Assembly (NCBI GenBank): GCA_963677835.2
Contig: CAXXUX010000001.1
Span: 1,536,362 to 1,600,361, forward strand
Direction of reading: 5' to 3'
Source: an uncultured Saccharofermentans sp.
Lineage (GTDB): Bacteria; Bacillota; Clostridia; Saccharofermentanales; UBA5734
Length of the DNA: 64,000 nt
Positions within the stretch are counted from its first letter, which is position 1, and every line of letters begins with the position of its first letter. The notes beneath the pieces were generated by a model. That model made no database searches. It saw only the letters and a program-made list of their open reading frames with translations, and was not told the DNA's origin. Below, in pieces: positions 17,632-28,140 of this stretch. The translations under genes were made by a program, and so were the position numbers.

Positions 17632-18935
17632 AAAATTATCAAACGCAAATGGAAGCAGCCAAAAAAGGAATCATTACTCCTGAAATGGAAACTGTTGCCC
17701 AAAAGGAAAAGATGGACGTGCTAAAGCTTTTGGATCTGGTTGCCTGCGGGACGGTGGCGATTCCAGCCAATATCAATCATACCGCCCTTTCTGCCGAAGG
17801 GATCGGATCAGGCTTGAAAACCAAGATCAATGTGAATCTTGGCATTTCCGGCGACTGCAAAAATTATGACGCGGAAATGCAAAAAGTGGATTTGGCCTTG
17901 AAATTCGGCGCCGAAGCCATCATGGATTTAAGCAATTACGGGAAAACCAACACCTTCCGCAACGAACTGATCAAAAAATCGCCGGCGATGATTGGCACTG
18001 TGCCCATGTACGATGCGATCGGCTATCTGGAAAAGGACTTGCTGGAAATTTCAGCCCGGGATTTTTTGAAAGTGGTCCGGGCCCATGCCGAAGAGGGCGT
18101 TGATTTCATGACGATTCACGCCGGCATCAACCGGCGGTCGGTCGAGGCTTTCCGGCGCGAAGGGCGGCAGATGAACATCGTTTCCCGCGGCGGATCTTTG
18201 CTGTTTGCCTGGATGATGATGACCGGCAACGAAAATCCGTTTTTCGAGTATTACGACGACGTCCTGGAGATTCTCCGGGAATTCGACGTGACCATCAGTC
18301 TTGGCGACGCGCTGCGTCCCGGCTGTATCGATGACAGCTCCGATGCCGGCCAGATCAGCGAATTGATAGAACTGGGCAATCTGACCTTGCGTGCCTGGGA
18401 AAAAGATGTCCAGGTCATGGTGGAAGGTCCGGGGCACATGGCCATGAATGAAATCGCGGCCAATATGGTCATGCAAAAACGCATCTGCCACAATGCCCCG
18501 TTCTATGTGCTTGGCCCTCTGGTAACGGATATTGCGCCCGGCTACGACCATATCACCTCGGCTATCGGCGGTGCGATCGCAGCGGCAAACGGCGCGGACT
18601 TCCTGTGCTATGTGACGCCTGCCGAGCACCTTCGCCTGCCGGATCTTGCCGATGTCAAGGAAGGCATTGTTGCCAGCAAAATAGCAGCCCACGCCGCCGA
18701 TATCGCCAAAGGCATTGCCGGAGCCAGGGACCTGGACAACCAGATGGCCAAAGCCCGCCAGAAGATCGACTGGGATGCCATGTTCGAAATTGCCATCGAT
18801 GGCGAAAAAGCCAAAGACTACTTTGAAAGCACTCCGCCTGCCGACCGGCACACCTGCTCCATGTGCGGCAAAATGTGCGCGGTCCGGACGACCAATATGA
18901 TCCTTGAAGGTAAAAAAGTCGAATTTGAAAGGTGA
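17628..18935 (+). CDS. thiC: phosphomethylpyrimidine synthase
   Basis: 435 aa, overlaps thiD by 4 nt. Conserved blocks [13 protein letters not shown], and a C-terminal Cys cluster CSMCGKMC. Confidence 0.9.
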   Translation: MKNYQTQMEAAKKGIITPEMETVAQKEKMDVLKLLDLVACGTVAIPANINHTALSAEGIGSGLKTKINVNLGISGDCKNYDAEMQKVDLALKFGAEAIMDLSNYGKTNTFRNELIKKSPAMIGTVPMYDAIGYLEKDLLEISARDFLKVVRAHAEEGVDFMTIHAGINRRSVEAFRREGRQMNIVSRGGSLLFAWMMMTGNENPFFEYYDDVLEILREFDVTISLGDALRPGCIDDSSDAGQISELIELGNLTLRAWEKDVQVMVEGPGHMAMNEIAANMVMQKRICHNAPFYVLGPLVTDIAPGYDHITSAIGGAIAAANGADFLCYVTPAEHLRLPDLADVKEGIVASKIAAHAADIAKGIAGARDLDNQMAKARQKIDWDAMFEIAIDGEKAKDYFESTPPADRHTCSMCGKMCAVRTTNMILEGKKVEFER

Positions 18936-18954
18936 AATCAAACGGTAAACGGAT

Positions 18955-19773
18955 ATGAAAACAATAATGAAAAATTCGGCGGAATTAATAACCCGGCTTC
19001 GCGCCCAGTCGCCCCTGGTACATAACCTGACCAATTATGTGACGGTCAATGATGTGGCCAATGCAGTCCTGGCGATTGGCGCTTCGCCGATCATGGCGGA
19101 TGACAGCGATGAAACGGCAGACATTACGGCCATTTCATCGGCGCTGGTCATTAATATGGGTACCTTGAACAGCCGGACGATCGCTTCCATGATTCTTTCA
19201 GGCAAAAAGGCCAACGAGCTGGGTATCCCGGTTGTGTTCGATCCCGTAGGCGCGGGCGCCTCGAAGCTGCGCAATGATACGGCGGAAAAAATCATGAAAC
19301 AGGTCAAAATCGCTATTTTGCGCGGCAATTTGTCCGAAGTGTCCTTTGTGGCAGGGCTTGCTGTTTCGACAAAGGGTGTTGATTCTTCCGAAGCCGATGC
19401 CGGCAATGACCGCGTGGCAGTCGCGCAAGATGTCGCGAGAAAATTTGGCTTAGTAGCCGCAATCACGGGTGCGGTTGATGTCATTTCCGACGGCGACAGG
19501 GTCGTGAAAATTGCCAATGGCCATCCAATGCTTGCAAGAGTGACAGGGACCGGCTGCATGACCTCGGCTCTGGTTGGCTCTTATGCAGGCGTTTCTTCCG
19601 ACTATCTCACTGCGGCGGCGGCGGGTGTTGCATCGATGGGTATAGCCGGTGAAATTGCCTATGAAAAGGCAGGTTCAATGGGGACAGGCAGCTTTCATAT
19701 CGGCATTATCGACGCCTTGAGCGGCCTGGATGCCGAAACCATTATGCAGAGGGCAAAATTGGATGAAGAATAA
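18955..19773 (+). CDS. thiM: hydroxyethylthiazole kinase
   Basis: 272 aa. Motifs [27 protein letters not shown] and TGTGC. Confidence 0.85.
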   Translation: MKTIMKNSAELITRLRAQSPLVHNLTNYVTVNDVANAVLAIGASPIMADDSDETADITAISSALVINMGTLNSRTIASMILSGKKANELGIPVVFDPVGAGASKLRNDTAEKIMKQVKIAILRGNLSEVSFVAGLAVSTKGVDSSEADAGNDRVAVAQDVARKFGLVAAITGAVDVISDGDRVVKIANGHPMLARVTGTGCMTSALVGSYAGVSSDYLTAAAAGVASMGIAGEIAYEKAGSMGTGSFHIGIIDALSGLDAETIMQRAKLDEE

Positions 19774-20389
19774 TATCGACTATACCCTTTACCTTTGCAC
19801 CGACCGTAAACTGATGTCCGCCCAAACGATTGAGGAGTCGGTCGAGCTGGCTATTAAGGGCGGGTGCACGGTTGTCCAATTGCGCGAAAAGGACTGCTCT
19901 TCCCTCGAGTTCTACCAGCTTGCCCTGCGCGTCAGGAAAATAACCAGCCGCTACAAGGTGCCGCTGATGATCAATGACCGCGTGGACATTGCCCTGGCGG
20001 TCGATGCCGACGGCGTTCATGTGGGACAAAGCGATTTTCCGGCAACAGTTGTCCGCCAGATGATCGGCCAGGACAAAATTATCGGCGTTTCGGCGTCCTC
20101 TCTGGCAGAGGCTAAGAAAGCCTGCCTTGACGGCGCCGATTATTTGGGCGTTGGCGCCATGTATGAGACCGGGACAAAAACGGATGCCGAAGTCATTACG
20201 TTAGATGAGCTTAAGGCGATCCGCAAGGCAGTGGAGATTCCGATTGTTGTGATTGGCGGCATCAATAAAAACACGTTGCCGAATTTTAAAGGGATCGGCA
20301 TTGACGGGCTGGCCGTCGTTTCTGCAGTCATTGCCCAGAAAGACATCGCTGCAGCTGCCCGGGAGCTGGTTACCCTGTTTTTGTCTTGA
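19763..20389 (+). CDS. thiE: thiamine-phosphate synthase
   Basis: The ATG at 19763 ([15 protein letters not shown]) overlaps the thiM end by 11 nt. Motifs [20 protein letters not shown]. Confidence 0.85.
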   Translation: MKNNIDYTLYLCTDRKLMSAQTIEESVELAIKGGCTVVQLREKDCSSLEFYQLALRVRKITSRYKVPLMINDRVDIALAVDADGVHVGQSDFPATVVRQMIGQDKIIGVSASSLAEAKKACLDGADYLGVGAMYETGTKTDAEVITLDELKAIRKAVEIPIVVIGGINKNTLPNFKGIGIDGLAVVSAVIAQKDIAAAARELVTLFLS

Positions 20390-20402
20390 ACGTGCCCGGC
20401 GA

Positions 20403-21272
20403 TCAATGAGCGCGCAGCTTCTTTTTCCATAGTTGACCGGTTTTGGTCGCGGCGAGTCCGCCTATCGCTGTTTCACGCAGCGATGCCGGCATGGAGAGGC
20501 CAATCTGGTACATGGCATCGATGACTTCGTCGCAAGGGACGCGGCTTTCAACGCCGGCCAAAGCCATTTCAGCGGCCAGAAAAGCGTTTGAGGCGCCGGC
20601 TGCGTTGCGCTTGATGCAGGGTACTTCGACCAGTCCTGCCAGCGGATCGCAGGTTAGCCCCAGCATATTTTTCAAGGCCATCGCCATCGCGTTGGCCGCC
20701 TGGATCGGCGTGCCGCCGGCCATCTCGGTCAAAGCGGCTGCGGCCATCGCACTGGCTGAGCCGATTTCCGCCTGGCACCCGCCGGCGGCGCCGGAGATGC
20801 AGGCGTTGTTGGCGATAATATAGCCAAAAGCGCCGGCGGTAAAAAAGTAGTTGATGACCTCATCGTCGCTGATGCCAAATTTCTCCTGAGCCGCGATCAG
20901 CACGGCCGGCAAAACGCCGGATGAACCGGCAGTCGGGGTTGCGCAGATCACCCCCATGGACGCGTTGACTTCGTTTGTGGCTATCGCATAGCAGATCGCG
21001 CGAAGCAGCGTTTGATCCGTGATAAACTGGTTCTTGCGGATATAATCATGTAGTTTTAAAGCGTCGCCGCCGGATAATCCAGACAGAGAATAAACGCCTT
21101 GAATGCCTTGTTCAATGGCCCGTTTCATGACTTGATAGCGAAGACGCATGCTCTCCAGGATTTCGGCGGAGCTTTTTCCAGTCAGTTCCATCTCTTGCCC
21201 GAGCATCACTTCATATATTTTGGATTGCTTTTCCTGAGTTTGCTGAATCAATTCTGCAACATTTTTAAACAT
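20403..21272 (-). CDS. sdaAA: L-serine dehydratase, iron-sulfur-dependent, alpha subunit
   Basis: 289 aa with a Gly/Ala-rich core (GGCQAEIGSASAMAA). It follows the beta-subunit gene. Confidence 0.85.
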   Translation of the reverse strand: MFKNVAELIQQTQEKQSKIYEVMLGQEMELTGKSSAEILESMRLRYQVMKRAIEQGIQGVYSLSGLSGGDALKLHDYIRKNQFITDQTLLRAICYAIATNEVNASMGVICATPTAGSSGVLPAVLIAAQEKFGISDDEVINYFFTAGAFGYIIANNACISGAAGGCQAEIGSASAMAAAALTEMAGGTPIQAANAMAMALKNMLGLTCDPLAGLVEVPCIKRNAAGASNAFLAAEMALAGVESRVPCDEVIDAMYQIGLSMPASLRETAIGGLAATKTGQLWKKKLRAH

Positions 21273-21291
21273 AATAACCCGCCGTTCCTGA

Positions 21292-21954
21292 TTATATATT
21301 GATCACGACAACCTTGACGATATGGTCGCACGATTCAATTTCCCGGCTGGTCCCGACCGGGATCGCCTGATCCGTTTCGATCACCATCAGGGCATTTTGA
21401 CCTTTTTCGATCCGGGACACTTCCATATGGCTGATGTTGATTCGATGTTTGGTCAAAACATTGGCGACTGACGCGACTGCGCCGTAAGCGTCCTTATGCA
21501 AAATAAGCATAGCCGGATTTTCTCCGGAGAGCTTCAAGGGAAATCCATTTAATTCTGAAATTTCAACAGCTCCGCCGCCAATCGAAACGCCAGTCAGCTC
21601 GATAGTATCCTGTTGAAAGCTCAATTTGATTTTCAGGGTGTTGGGATGAACCGGAACGGCTTCTTCGCAAAAAAAGCGGACATCGATTCCCTGGTTGCGG
21701 GCAATGGCAATCGAATCGCGGATTCTGGGGTCATCCGTTGCCAACGCCAATATTCCGCCGATAACGGCAACATCGGTGGCATGGCCCTGATAGGTTTCTG
21801 CAAACGATCCGTAAAAATGGATATCGATTTTTTGGGGGACCTGACCGAAAATCTGCCGGGCCAATTGGCCAATCCGGACAGCGCCTGCGGTGTGGGAGCT
21901 CGACGGGCCAATCATGATCGGCCCGATAATTTCAAAAACGCTTCTATATTTCAC
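21292..21954 (-). CDS. sdaAB: L-serine dehydratase, iron-sulfur-dependent, beta subunit
   Basis: The GTG at 21954 (VKYRSVFEIIGPIMIGPSSSHTAG) follows GAGGGTG. C-terminal ACT-like domain. Confidence 0.8.
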   Translation of the reverse strand: MKYRSVFEIIGPIMIGPSSSHTAGAVRIGQLARQIFGQVPQKIDIHFYGSFAETYQGHATDVAVIGGILALATDDPRIRDSIAIARNQGIDVRFFCEEAVPVHPNTLKIKLSFQQDTIELTGVSIGGGAVEISELNGFPLKLSGENPAMLILHKDAYGAVASVANVLTKHRINISHMEVSRIEKGQNALMVIETDQAIPVGTSREIESCDHIVKVVVINI

Positions 21955-22193
21955 AAAAACACCCTCTGGCTTGAAATCTTGATAAACCCATCGTCTGGAG
22001 TATAGCAGCAAAATTCAGTCGTCGTCAAATATTTGCCTGATCATAAGATCGTCATCAAGACCAAAACGTCAGAACCAGGCAGATCGATTTGTGCATTAGA
22101 TCAAGTTTGTACAAGTTATCTGTCTATTTTCACGATTTTCATTTCGTCACTTGATTTTTCACGTCAAACGACTGTAATATATAATTAGCACAA

Positions 22194-22209
22194 CTGGGAA
22201 CGTTCCCAG
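22194..22209. promoter_or_regulatory. perfect 16-bp palindrome CTGGGAACGTTCCCAG, LacI-family operator candidate
   Basis: Read directly, with a central CG as in LacI/GalR operators. It lies just downstream of TAATAT/TATAAT hexamers (22175-22185) and 80 nt upstream of the LacI-family gene. Confidence 0.55.
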
Positions 22210-22289
22210 AAACGTTATCATAAGACATATTATCTTAATTAAAACCCAAAATGACAGAATCATTCGGAAACTTCAGGGAGTAATTGCTG

Positions 22290-23303
22290 ATGCCAAATAA
22301 TATGACCATTAAAGACATTGCCCGGGAATCGGGCTATTCGGTGAGCACGGTATCCCGTGTTCTCAATAACCATCCGGATGTCAGCCGGGAGGCCAAAGAC
22401 GCCATAGCCCGTGTTGTCGAGCAGCACAGTTTTATTCTGAACAGTACGGCCCGGCTGCTCAAGCAGCAGCATAGCCGAAATATTCTGATCATTGTCAAGG
22501 GTACAATGAATCTCTTTTTCTCGAAGATCGTCGAGAAGATGCAGCAGATGATCAGCAGCCACGGCTATAATGCAGTGGTGCACTATCTGGATGAAGAGGG
22601 CGATGAGATAAGGCTGGCCAGCCAGCTTTGCCGTGAACGCAAGCCTTTGGGACTGATTTTTCTTGGCGGCAGCCTTGAAAATTTTCAAAAAGGATTTGCC
22701 CATATCGGACCGCCGACTGTCCTGGCGACCACTTTGACGGGCAAACTGAACTTTAAAAATTTATCCAGCGTCAGCATAGACGATATCAAAGCCGGATCCA
22801 GCGCGATCGATTATCTTTTAGACTTGGGACATCGCCGGATCGGCATCATCGGCGGCAGCTTGAAGCTTTCCTACATCAGCCAGCAACGGTTTTCTGGCTG
22901 CCAGCAAAGTTTTTCGGCGCGGGGCTTAACCTTCGATCCAGATCTTTACCAAAAAGCGAACTTTCATTTCGACAGCGCCTATAACGCGGCGAAAAGCCTT
23001 TTGTCCCGCCAACCGGATTTAACCGCCCTGTTTTGCATGAGCGACGTGATGGCAATCGGCGCGATCCGGGCAATAACCGATTTAAAGCTTAAAGTTCCGG
23101 ACGATGTCTCGGTCATAGGCTTTGACGGCATTGAAATAGGCCAGTATTACAACCCCCGCCTGACGACCGTTTCGCAACCCCAGACGGAACTGGCGGAAAC
23201 AAGTGTCGAGCTTTTGATTGAAAACATCCGGCGGCCGAATGGGGCGAAAGTGATTACCCTGGAGGTCACCCTGACAGAAGGCGAGTCTGCTAGAAAGATT
23301 TAA
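22290..23303 (+). CDS. LacI-family transcriptional regulator (maltodextrin operon)
   Basis: The ATG at 22290 follows GGGAG. HTH MTIKDIARESGYSVSTVSRVLNN. A short hairpin GCCGGA-ttga-TCCGGC at 23322-23337 follows the stop. Confidence 0.85.
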   Translation: MPNNMTIKDIARESGYSVSTVSRVLNNHPDVSREAKDAIARVVEQHSFILNSTARLLKQQHSRNILIIVKGTMNLFFSKIVEKMQQMISSHGYNAVVHYLDEEGDEIRLASQLCRERKPLGLIFLGGSLENFQKGFAHIGPPTVLATTLTGKLNFKNLSSVSIDDIKAGSSAIDYLLDLGHRRIGIIGGSLKLSYISQQRFSGCQQSFSARGLTFDPDLYQKANFHFDSAYNAAKSLLSRQPDLTALFCMSDVMAIGAIRAITDLKLKVPDDVSVIGFDGIEIGQYYNPRLTTVSQPQTELAETSVELLIENIRRPNGAKVITLEVTLTEGESARKI

Positions 23304-23369
23304 ATCCTTATTTGTCATATGGCCGGATTGATCCGGCTTATGAAATATTATTAAGGAGGAGCAGAACTT

Positions 23370-24776
23370 ATGAAAACCTTATCAAAGCTATTAGTCGTTG
23401 CTTTAGTTGTTGCCCTGATGGCGTTGACACTGGCAGCTTGTGCAAAAACGCCAACATCAACGACAACGGGGACAGGCAGTACGGCGACAACCGGAACGAG
23501 TGGGACAACATCGGCAGCTGGAAAGGGTCAGGTGTATTTTTTGAATTTCAAACCCGAACAGGCAGATGCTTATAAGGCAATTGCCACCGAGTATACTGCT
23601 TCGACAGGCGTGGAAGTCAAGATCGAGACTGCCGCTTCCGGCACCTATGAGCAGCAGCTGAAATCGGAAATTGCCAAAACAGATGCACCGACGATATTCC
23701 AGATTAACGGACCGGTTGGCTATGCCAGCTGGAAAGATTATACCGCTGACCTGTCCAAGTCGGAAATTTATGGCCATTTATTGGACAAAAGCATTGCCAT
23801 TACCGATGGCGCTGGCGTTTATGGCATCCCGTTTGCTATTGAAGGCTATGGAATCATCTACAACAATGCCATCATGAGCAAATATTTTGCCTTGAGCGGC
23901 GCGGTCGCCACTTCGATGGACAAAATCAACAGTTTCACCGCTTTGAAGAATCTGGCCGCAGACATGACCGCCAAGAAAGCCAGTCTTGGCATTAAAGGCG
24001 TGTTTGCCTCAACATCGCTGTCTCCTGGTGAAGACTGGAGATGGCAGACCCATCTGGCCAACGTACCGGTCTATTATGAATTCCAGGCCAACAAAGTTGA
24101 CCTGAAATCCGCAGCGGCCACCGCTGAAATCAAATTCCAGTTCGGCGACAATTTCAAACAGCTTTTTGACCTGTATCTGGCAAACTCCACAGTCGACAAG
24201 AAACTATTGGGCAGCAAGACGGTCAATGACTCGATGGCTGAATTTGCCTTGGGCCAGGCCGCCATGGTGCAAAACGGCAACTGGGCTTACGGCCAGATTT
24301 CCGGAGTCGCCGGCAATATCGTCAAAGCTGAAGACGTCAAATTCCTGCCGCTCTATATGGGCATCAGCGGTGAAGAGACCCAGGGTTTGTGCATCGGCAC
24401 GGAGAACTTCTTCTGCATCAACAAGAAGGCTTCTGCCGATGACCAGAAAGCATCCCTTGATTTTCTGACCTGGCTTTACACCAGCGACAAGGGCAAGGCC
24501 CACGTCACCAAAGATCTCGGCTTTATTGCCCCGTTTGACACGTTCGGCGCAGCAGATAAGCCATCTGATCCATTGGCGCAGGAAGTGCTTGCCTGGTCCG
24601 CCAAGGCGAATATCAAAAATGTGCCCTGGAATTTCACCGTTTTCCCGAGCCAGACCTTTAAAGACAATTTTGGCGCAGCCTTGCTGCTTTACGCTCAAGG
24701 CAACAATACCTGGGACGCTGTGAAGAAAACCTTTGTAGACGGCTGGAAGACAGAGAAAGCTGCAGCCGCCAAGTAG
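23370..24776 (+). CDS. ABC transporter substrate-binding lipoprotein (maltodextrin-type)
   Basis: 468 aa, RBS AGGAGG, lipobox LTLAAC followed by a Thr/Gly-rich linker. Confidence 0.8.
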   Translation: MKTLSKLLVVALVVALMALTLAACAKTPTSTTTGTGSTATTGTSGTTSAAGKGQVYFLNFKPEQADAYKAIATEYTASTGVEVKIETAASGTYEQQLKSEIAKTDAPTIFQINGPVGYASWKDYTADLSKSEIYGHLLDKSIAITDGAGVYGIPFAIEGYGIIYNNAIMSKYFALSGAVATSMDKINSFTALKNLAADMTAKKASLGIKGVFASTSLSPGEDWRWQTHLANVPVYYEFQANKVDLKSAAATAEIKFQFGDNFKQLFDLYLANSTVDKKLLGSKTVNDSMAEFALGQAAMVQNGNWAYGQISGVAGNIVKAEDVKFLPLYMGISGEETQGLCIGTENFFCINKKASADDQKASLDFLTWLYTSDKGKAHVTKDLGFIAPFDTFGAADKPSDPLAQEVLAWSAKANIKNVPWNFTVFPSQTFKDNFGAALLLYAQGNNTWDAVKKTFVDGWKTEKAAAAK

Positions 24777-24865
24777 TCCGCAAAAAAAATCAATGGGCGA
24801 GACGGGTGGCCAATGGCAAAAGATACAGCCGGCGGCCACTCGCTATTTGAACAGGAGGTGCAAAG

Positions 24866-25711
24866 GTGCAAAAGAACTTGAGAAAATTCGGTGTCATTTT
24901 TACACTGCCGACCCTGATTGCATTTGCCATTGCCTTTTTGATACCCTTTGTAATGGGCATCTATTTGTCCTTTTGCCGCTTTACAACGGTGACGAACGCG
25001 ACCTGGATAGGGTTTGACAACTATATCAATGCCTTTTCCGGAAATCGCGACTTTCTGAATGCGCTATGGTTCACGGTTCGCTTTGCCGTGGTGACGGTCG
25101 TAACGATCAATGTTTTCGCTTTTACCCTGGCGTCCATATTAACGCGAAAGCTATTGGGAACCAATATTTTCCGGACGATATTCTTCATGCCCAACTTGAT
25201 TGGCGGCATTGTCCTTGGTTATATCTGGCAGCTGATCATCAACGGCGTCCTGATTAATTTTGGCGTCGACATTACCGTTGATGCGGCTTATGGCTATTGG
25301 GGCCTGGTTATCCTGATGAACTGGCAGCTGGTTGGCTACATGATGGTCATCTACATTGCCGGCATCCAGAATATTCCAACGGATTTGATCGAAGCAGCCC
25401 GCATCGATGGCGCCAGCAACTGGCAGATCCTGAAAAAAGTCACGATCCCGATTGTCATGCCGGCGATTACCATCTGCACCTTTTTGACTTTGACCAACTC
25501 ATTCAAGCTGTTTGACCAGAACCTGGCCTTGACCAAAGGCGCGCCAGCCAAACAAACAGCCATGCTGGCTTTGGATATCTACAATACCTTTTACGCCCGC
25601 ACCGGAAGCGAGGGCGTCGGGCAGGCAAAAGCCGTCGTGTTTTTCATGATGGTCGGACTGATCGCTTTCATCCAGCTGCGGCTGACGCGAGGGAAGGAGG
25701 TTGAGTCCTGA
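24866..25711 (+). CDS. sugar ABC transporter permease
   Basis: GTG start after AGGAGG. EAA loop IPTDLIEAARIDGAS. Confidence 0.85.
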   Translation: MQKNLRKFGVIFTLPTLIAFAIAFLIPFVMGIYLSFCRFTTVTNATWIGFDNYINAFSGNRDFLNALWFTVRFAVVTVVTINVFAFTLASILTRKLLGTNIFRTIFFMPNLIGGIVLGYIWQLIINGVLINFGVDITVDAAYGYWGLVILMNWQLVGYMMVIYIAGIQNIPTDLIEAARIDGASNWQILKKVTIPIVMPAITICTFLTLTNSFKLFDQNLALTKGAPAKQTAMLALDIYNTFYARTGSEGVGQAKAVVFFMMVGLIAFIQLRLTRGKEVES

Positions 25712-26565
25712 TGGCTGACCAAAAGACCATCCGATCCCGGAAGGGACGCAATCCGATAGCCTTCGTCTTCATCCTGATTCTTGCCGTGCTCTTTCTCATG
25801 CCGATCGCGATTGTGCTGATGAATTCTTTTAAAGGGCGGTTCTTTATCTCGGACGCCCCCTTTGCCCTGCCCAACAGCGAAACCTATGCCGCTTTCTCCA
25901 ACTATATAACCGGGGTCGTGAAGATCGGCTTTGCATCGGCTTTTGGCTATTCCACTTTCATCACGATATTTTCGGTGCTCATCCTGGTTTTTTTCACCAG
26001 CATGACTGCCTGGTATATCACACGGGTGAAAAGCAAGGCAACTTCGATCATCTATTATCTTTTTGTATTTTCGATGATCGTGCCTTTCCAGATGGTGATG
26101 TTCAGCATGGCCAAGATTGCGAACATTCTTCGCCTGGATACCCCGATAGGAATTCTGGTGATTTATCTTGGCTTTGGGGCAGGCCTTTCGGTTTTCATGT
26201 TCAGTGGTTTTGTCAAAAGCATTCCCATAGAAATCGAAGAGGCCGCGATTATCGACGGCTGCAATCCGCTGCAGTCCTTTTTCAAAGTGGTGATGCCCAT
26301 TTTGAAATCGACGGCGATTACGGTTTCCATCCTGAATACCATGTGGATCTGGAACGACTTTTTACTGCCGTATCTGGTCATCGGAACCAATTATAAAACC
26401 TTGCCGGTGGCCGTGCAGGGGGTTCTTACAGGTTCCTACGGCGGAAAAGACATGGGTGCCCTGATGGCGATGCTGATCTTGTCCATCCTGCCGATCATCA
26501 TTTTCTATTTGAGCAGCCAGAAGTATCTCATCAAAGGCGTAGTTGCCGGCGCTGTAAAAGGCTGA
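25711..26565 (+). CDS. carbohydrate ABC transporter permease
   Basis: 284 aa. The start overlaps the upstream stop. EAA loop IPIEIEEAAIIDGC. Confidence 0.85.
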   Translation: MADQKTIRSRKGRNPIAFVFILILAVLFLMPIAIVLMNSFKGRFFISDAPFALPNSETYAAFSNYITGVVKIGFASAFGYSTFITIFSVLILVFFTSMTAWYITRVKSKATSIIYYLFVFSMIVPFQMVMFSMAKIANILRLDTPIGILVIYLGFGAGLSVFMFSGFVKSIPIEIEEAAIIDGCNPLQSFFKVVMPILKSTAITVSILNTMWIWNDFLLPYLVIGTNYKTLPVAVQGVLTGSYGGKDMGALMAMLILSILPIIIFYLSSQKYLIKGVVAGAVKG

Positions 26566-26608
26566 TGAAACCAAGGGCGGGTAGTTCCTGGCAAAGGGGG
26601 GATGTAAA

Positions 26609-28117
26609 TTGCGAAGCAGCGGCATTCTGATGCCTGTAAGCAGTCTGCCATCACCGTATGGCATTGGCAGCATTGGCAAGGCAGCTTATGAATTTGTCGA
26701 TTTTTTGCATGAAGCCGGCCAGCGCTGCTGGCAGATTTTGCCGATTGGGCCGACCGGTTACGGCGACAGCCCCTATCAGAGTTTTTCGTCCTTTGCGGCG
26801 AATCCGTATCTGATCGATCTGGATATTCTGGCTGAGCAGGGGCTTTTGGAGCCGGAGGAGATTTCGGCCATCCATTGGGGCGATTTGGCGACCCGGGTGG
26901 ATTACGGCTTGCTGTACCAATACCGGTATCCTTTGCTGCGTAAAGCCGTCAGCCGGATCGATCCGGCGGCAGACGGCTTTTTGCATTTTTGCGCCGCCAA
27001 TGAAGAATGGCTGGAAGACTACGCCTTGTTTATGGTGGTCAAGGTCAGCCGGAACATGGCTTCTTTGCGGGACTGGCCGTCTGATTTAAGGAAAAAGGAT
27101 CGGGAGGCTTTGCACAAGATCCGTGAGCAAAGTAATGCCGAGATCGATTTCTGGAAACGGGTGCAGTATCTGTTTTTCCGGCAATGGTTGGCCTTGAAGG
27201 CTTATGCCAATCAAAAGAACATTCGGATTATCGGCGATATCCCCATCTACGTTTCGCCGGATTCAGCTGACCTGTGGGCACAGCCGGAGTTATTCCAAAC
27301 TGATGAAAATCTGAATTTGATTGAGGTGTCGGGATGCCCGCCGGATTCCTTTGCCCCCAAAGGGCAGCTGTGGGGCAATCCGCTTTACGATTGGCCCAAA
27401 CACCAGGATACCGGCTATCAGTGGTGGATCAGGCGGCTAAGGCATGCTGGCAAGGTCTATGATGTTGTCCGGATCGACCATTTCAGGGGCTTTGAAAGCT
27501 ATTATTCCATTCCCGGAAATGCGCAGACCGCAGCTAATGGCCGTTGGCGCCAAGGCCCGGGCTTGCCGCTGATCAAGGCCATCAAGGCGGAATTGCCGGA
27601 ATTGCCGATTATTGCCGAGGATCTGGGCTATGTGACGGCCGAGGTTAAACAGCTTTTGGCACAAAGCGGATACCCTGGCATGAAGGTTTTGCAATTTGCC
27701 TTTGATTCGCGCGAAGGCGGGGATTACATGCCTTATAATTGCCCCAGGAATTCGGTGGTCTATACCGGTACGCACGATAATACGACGACCGAAGACTGGC
27801 AGTATAGCGCCCCGGCTGAAGATGTCCGCTTTGCCAAAGAATTTCTGGATGTAAAATGTCCGGAGGAATTTACCTGGCGATTTATCCGGATGGCCTTGGC
27901 GACAGCAGCGAACACCTGTATAATCCCATTGCAGGATTATCTTGGCCTGGGGTCGGAGGCGAGGATCAACACGCCCAGCACCCAGTCAAACAACTGGCAG
28001 TGGCGGGTCGACCGGCAGCTCTTGACCCGTGGGCTTGCCGCGGAGATAAAAAGGCTGACCTGCTTGTATGGCCGGTGCGCTGATGATTTTTCTGCGACAG
28101 GGCCATTAATAAACTAA
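26609..28117 (+). CDS. malQ: 4-alpha-glucanotransferase (amylomaltase, GH77)
   Basis: 502 aa with a TTG start after AAGGGGGGA. Motifs SGILMPVSSLPSPYGIG, VVRIDHFRGF, IAEDLG, YTGTHDN. Confidence 0.9.
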   Translation: MRSSGILMPVSSLPSPYGIGSIGKAAYEFVDFLHEAGQRCWQILPIGPTGYGDSPYQSFSSFAANPYLIDLDILAEQGLLEPEEISAIHWGDLATRVDYGLLYQYRYPLLRKAVSRIDPAADGFLHFCAANEEWLEDYALFMVVKVSRNMASLRDWPSDLRKKDREALHKIREQSNAEIDFWKRVQYLFFRQWLALKAYANQKNIRIIGDIPIYVSPDSADLWAQPELFQTDENLNLIEVSGCPPDSFAPKGQLWGNPLYDWPKHQDTGYQWWIRRLRHAGKVYDVVRIDHFRGFESYYSIPGNAQTAANGRWRQGPGLPLIKAIKAELPELPIIAEDLGYVTAEVKQLLAQSGYPGMKVLQFAFDSREGGDYMPYNCPRNSVVYTGTHDNTTTEDWQYSAPAEDVRFAKEFLDVKCPEEFTWRFIRMALATAANTCIIPLQDYLGLGSEARINTPSTQSNNWQWRVDRQLLTRGLAAEIKRLTCLYGRCADDFSATGPLIN

Positions 28118-28140
28118 AAAATTAAAGCAAAGGCAAGGGC

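Noticed and set aside
18051-19034. 327-aa ORF on the minus strand
   Set aside because: It is antisense to thiC, whose identity is unambiguous. It shows no motif and no RBS.
23312-23575. 87-aa ORF overlapping the start of the maltodextrin SBP gene
   Set aside because: It is out of frame with the SBP gene, which has a strong AGGAGG RBS and a lipoprotein signal peptide. There is no support for a separate gene.
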